Source of the DNA: an uncultured virus (IMG/VR IMGVR_UViG_3300042363_001425)
Taxonomy: Duplodnaviria; Heunggongvirae; Uroviricota; Caudoviricetes
IMG/VR virus record: IMGVR_UViG_3300042363_001425
Direction: 5' to 3' (one strand)
DNA length: 20,000 bases
The notes under the pieces: model-generated
What the model saw: the letters and a program-made list of their open reading frames with translations, nothing else
Database searches by the model: none
Told to the model about the DNA's origin: nothing
Position numbers and translations under genes: made by a program
In this document: positions 16,963 to 20,000 of the stretch, in pieces
Layout of the letters: every line of letters begins with the position of its first letter
How positions within the stretch are numbered: the first letter of the stretch is position 1

Positions 16963-17121
16963 TTAAGTTACAATTAATATTAAGTTTTGGTAAAAATTGA
17001 TGAAATCTTCAATAATTGATGTTGTCTGCATGGTTAATTTACGGGTTAGTGTATTAATGATGGTTAACCTTGTGTGCAGCAAACGATTAGTACAAATATG
17101 TATAAGTCTGAAGTATCTCAT
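16963..17121 (-). CDS. Possible small upstream ORF (52 aa, or 22 aa from ATG 17031)
   Basis: Manual translation MRYFRLIHICTNRLLHTRLTIINTLTRKLTMQTTSIIEDFINFYQNLILIVT*. It starts 6 nt after a GATAAATA motif and is shorter than any ORF in the track. Confidence 0.3.
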   Translation of the reverse strand: MRYFRLIHICTNRLLHTRLTIINTLTRKLTMQTTSIIEDFINFYQNLILIVT

Positions 17122-17126
17122 CTGTA

Positions 17127-17135
17127 TTATTTATC
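17127..17135 (-). promoter_or_regulatory. T4-late-like promoter GATAAATAA upstream of the nrdJ leader
   Basis: Same GATAAATAA 9-mer as seen twice upstream of the sheath gene; intergenic. Confidence 0.45.
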
Positions 17136-17161
17136 TAGGTTTGATAAAAATGCCAGTTAGA

Positions 17162-18346
17162 TTATCCGATAAATTCAAACTTTAATTGCTTGCGAATGAC
17201 ATCTACTTTGAATACTTTGATTTCTCCAGAATCAGGAACCTTGGTTCTACCCTTAAGGTGATTTACGTCAGTTGTGAAAATTTGATCACTATCTGGCATT
17301 TCAATTTCAAGAGAGAAATTTTGTTTATTTAGGGTAAAACTTAGGGTTGTACCTTCAATCCGGTCCTTTAGGTTCTGCCAGGTAATTTGGTCTTCGCTAA
17401 TCTTAGAAATATCATCAGTTAAAATGATTCTAGGTTCGCCTTTCTTCATTACAATATCCTTGACATAGAAGTCAATAGAATCGCCAGATCTGTATTTCTT
17501 GCTAACTTCTTCATAGTTTGTGAATTCGGTTTTATGAAGTAATCCAGTAAAGTAGTTTTGGAATTCTACGAACATACCAAAATCGTATGGGTTATTGGTT
17601 AGAATACCTGTGTATCTTTCACCAAATTTTAATTCGTGAACTCGTTGAGGTAAAGTCTGTTTAATGTATTTCTTATATGAAACAATGAATAGATCATTTG
17701 CTGCATCGTAATTCTCAATCATTACTGGAATTTCCTTGTTTAGGTACTCGTTAAAGTCTCTAATTACGTTAGCTGCTGCATGCGAGCCAGGTAAGAAACA
17801 TTTAACTGTGCCTTTATAAAGAGCAAGATATCCACCTTTAACCAGATTAGTAACCTTAACATAGAACCACTTATCAGTTTTAATGAATTCTTCAAGATCC
17901 TCACGGTATGAAAGAGCAGCACAACGTTTTTCAGATCCTAGGAAATCTCCTTCATCTGCTTTGTAAATCATAACTTTAAAAGTTGCACTAATTTCATTGT
18001 GCAATAATAGAGATGGTTCTTCGCTAAATTCTCTAAATGGAATGAATATCGTAGATAATGATGAATTATCTTGAGCCTCAATCATTTTATTGTCAAAGTC
18101 AACTTTCTTAGCGGTAACTTTACAAACATGACCGATTTCAAAGTCTTTACTTGATGGGGTAATGAATGAATGTGACGCGTAATACGTGTCATAGAGATCT
18201 TGAGCGTAAGGTTCTTTACAAAAGATCTTAACGTTCGCTTTTTTATCCGCTGGGGTTAATTTGATAGTTGTGTTTAGCTTGCCGTTTCCTTGGGCAAACA
18301 TCGCATCAAAATCAATAACCTCTTGGATGTTGGTGTTTTTTTGCAT
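17162..18346 (-). CDS. rpsA: Ribosomal protein bS1 homolog (3-4 S1/OB domains)
   Basis: S1 repeats VKVTNLVKGGYLALYKGTVKCFLPGSH...FIVSYKKYI and GERYTGILTNNPYDFGMFVEFQNYFTGLLHKTEF...GDSIDFYVKDI resemble domains 2 and 3 of bS1. More degenerate domains flank them. Confidence 0.82.
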   Translation of the reverse strand: MQKNTNIQEVIDFDAMFAQGNGKLNTTIKLTPADKKANVKIFCKEPYAQDLYDTYYASHSFITPSSKDFEIGHVCKVTAKKVDFDNKMIEAQDNSSLSTIFIPFREFSEEPSLLLHNEISATFKVMIYKADEGDFLGSEKRCAALSYREDLEEFIKTDKWFYVKVTNLVKGGYLALYKGTVKCFLPGSHAAANVIRDFNEYLNKEIPVMIENYDAANDLFIVSYKKYIKQTLPQRVHELKFGERYTGILTNNPYDFGMFVEFQNYFTGLLHKTEFTNYEEVSKKYRSGDSIDFYVKDIVMKKGEPRIILTDDISKISEDQITWQNLKDRIEGTTLSFTLNKQNFSLEIEMPDSDQIFTTDVNHLKGRTKVPDSGEIKVFKVDVIRKQLKFEFIG

Positions 18347-18378
18347 ATTGTTTGTTAGATTAAAAAGTTAACTAATAA

Positions 18379-18405
18379 ATTATACACAGAAGCGTGCTGA
18401 AGTTT
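18379..18405 (-). promoter_or_regulatory. Putative promoter AAAC-N16-GTATAAT upstream of the bS1 homolog
   Basis: Minus strand reads AAAC TTCAGCACGCTTCTGT GTATAAT, 32 nt before the ATG. Confidence 0.72.
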
Positions 18406-18410
18406 TATAT

Positions 18411-20000
18411 TTAGTGAACTCCTGGATCAATATTTACGTTAGGAGTCCAGCCGGTTGGGTAAAGCCCAGGTAGTTTAGTTCTAAAGAGTAAAGACCCGGT
18501 TGAAAGTGTGCTTGATCGCCATGCAATTTCATCTAGGAAGATTGCAAATAATGGATTCTTACGAGTAAGTCTTTCCCATGGTGGTAAATCGTCCTGGTTA
18601 AAGAATGGATTTGAGGCAACTCTGGCAAGTTGAACTCCAGGTTTACTGCCTAATGCACATGCTACAATCGCGCCAAGATAAGCAACTTCCTTAACCACCG
18701 GTTCAGTTGCAGTTATCACAGGAATGTACGCAAGCCGAATTAGAGTTATTGCATCTAAATTAGCCATCTTAATTTTATAAGAATTTGGTATTTGGAGCTG
18801 AAGGGCCATTTTCAATAATTTGATTATTAAAATAAATGGATTACCTGCTTCAATAATATTAAATGAAAGATCCTTTAGAGTTTTAGTTAAACTTAAAATT
18901 GGAGTAACTATATCCTGTAAAGGTTTTAGTATTCCATCAATTGCTGATAAAATTAAACCTCTAATTAATTCAACAAGGTCAGTTGAAGTTAATAGCGAAA
19001 AATACGCAACTATGTCCAATGGAATCATTGGGATTTTTGGTAGCTTTATATTAATACCATTAGGCAAAGTAACCGTTACATACTTGTCAGTAGATGAAGT
19101 TGATATGGTTGCAAACTCTGAATTACCACATGGAATTTGTCGAATAATTTCCTTTAAGTCAGTAAAGGTATTTGAGCCTGAACTAGATGACAGCATATTT
19201 CCGGCATCAGCTAACATTTTTAAAATCAATTCAAGTAAATAGGCAACTGCTGCTTTTAATAATGGTTTTACCAATACATCTAATGGAATTGATATTTGTA
19301 ATGGAAAAGGTATACCTAATGGATTTGGCGCTTGAGGAATATGTGTTGCAATTAAAGTTGGTAATAACATTATCTGGGTTAATGCAAGCATATTGGCTTT
19401 ATCAGGTAATGGAATTGGAGGTAATGTTGCAAGGATTGAATCAAATAGACTAGAGATAGTAGAGATTCCAATGTTATCAAGAGAATCTCCAAGTAAACTC
19501 TTTAAGCTGTCAATGGTAAGTCCATCTAATACTGCATCTAGTATAATATTAAATATTGCAATTGCTGCAAGTACTTGAGGCGATGCAATACTTGTAGTAT
19601 CTTCAGAATCCTCAGTAGAACAGCATGGCGCGGCTGGGTCAAATAATTTTAATTTTGGTGCAGCTATTGATAATGAAGTAAATGCTAATGCGTTTTTTAA
19701 TCGAGCTTTTCTTAATTCTGCTGATTTTTTAATTTCAGCTTTTTCCGCGTCAGATAACGTTGGATCAATATCGTCTACTGGTGATTTATCTCCACTTAGA
19801 TAAGCAAGAGCTTCATTTGAGTATTCTTTAATTGCTTTCTTAAATTCTTTAACATCTGCATTCTTATTTAAGTTAAAAGTCTTTTTTATTTTTAACTTTG
19901 ATGTATCAACTTGGGCAGCCATTCGTCTGATCTTAGTAATTAAGTTAGTAGCCTTTATGTCTGGAGCAAGAGCGCCTTTTGATGCCATTTCAATTAGAGG
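18411..20000 (-). CDS. Large hypothetical protein, C-terminal part (Leu/Ile/Pro-rich); probably begins beyond the window
   Basis: The 525-aa track ORF stays open upstream of ATG 19988 (CCT CTA ATT GAA) to the window edge. No family motif recognised. Confidence 0.75.
   Translation of the reverse strand, partial: PLIEMASKGALAPDIKATNLITKIRRMAAQVDTSKLKIKKTFNLNKNADVKEFKKAIKEYSNEALAYLSGDKSPVDDIDPTLSDAEKAEIKKSAELRKARLKNALAFTSLSIAAPKLKLFDPAAPCCSTEDSEDTTSIASPQVLAAIAIFNIILDAVLDGLTIDSLKSLLGDSLDNIGISTISSLFDSILATLPPIPLPDKANMLALTQIMLLPTLIATHIPQAPNPLGIPFPLQISIPLDVLVKPLLKAAVAYLLELILKMLADAGNMLSSSSGSNTFTDLKEIIRQIPCGNSEFATISTSSTDKYVTVTLPNGINIKLPKIPMIPLDIVAYFSLLTSTDLVELIRGLILSAIDGILKPLQDIVTPILSLTKTLKDLSFNIIEAGNPFILIIKLLKMALQLQIPNSYKIKMANLDAITLIRLAYIPVITATEPVVKEVAYLGAIVACALGSKPGVQLARVASNPFFNQDDLPPWERLTRKNPLFAIFLDEIAWRSSTLSTGSLLFRTKLPGLYPTGWTPNVNIDPGVH

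Noticed and set aside
16882..17161. Cobalamin riboswitch or NrdR box upstream of nrdJ
   Set aside because: No recognisable B12-box or GGGAA core. TACAAATATGTA (17091-17102) is only a weak palindrome and a poor NrdR match.
4091..19578. Short antisense or out-of-frame ORFs in the track (4091, 4446, 5091, 8561, 9003, 10209, 10813, 11587, 11730, 11866, 13966, 15009, 15695, 15984, 16208, 16997, 18820, 19187, 19393)
   Set aside because: Almost all lie within or opposite well-supported genes or cross terminators, and none shows a motif or start signal. They are treated as shadow ORFs.
1..20000. Active stop-codon reassignment within this window
   Set aside because: All recognisable genes, including the 994-aa late sheath gene, are uninterrupted under code 11 and coding density is already near complete.
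1..20000. CRISPR array, tRNA, rRNA, transposase or homing endonuclease
   Set aside because: No regularly spaced repeats, cloverleaf signatures or mobile-element motifs were seen. Intergenic gaps are short and mostly accounted for by promoters and terminators.

Overview
This AT-rich window comes from a large T4-like contractile-tailed (myovirus-type, probably jumbo) phage genome. The host is most likely in the Bacteroidota: the NrdJ and Hc1-like proteins are Bacteroidota-type and the A-rich leaders lack Shine-Dalgarno motifs. The minus strand carries replication and nucleotide-metabolism genes: a DnaB/gp41 helicase (partial), UvsX/RecA, a degenerate Nudix protein, only the N-terminal half of a family B DNA polymerase, dUTPase, a HAD nucleotidase, GroES, an RNase H/5'-3' exonuclease, a gp32-like SSB, an Hc1-like protein, class II ribonucleotide reductase and a ribosomal protein S1 homolog. 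A plus-strand tail sheath unit interrupts this cluster. Most notable signals: (1) a promoter-like motif AAAC-N16-(G/A)TAnAA(G/T), exactly spaced, upstream of five non-structural genes, alongside a separate T4-late-like (G/T)ATAAATAA motif; (2) four proteins with a T4 capsid-targeting-like N-terminus, including a HAD phosphatase and an HExxH protein; (3) a split DNA polymerase whose partner is not in the window; (4) phage-encoded bS1 and Hc1; (5) a structured nrdJ leader with an upstream ORF; (6) all 19 annotated genes that end in the window stop with TAA. All calls come from reading motifs by eye, with no database searches.
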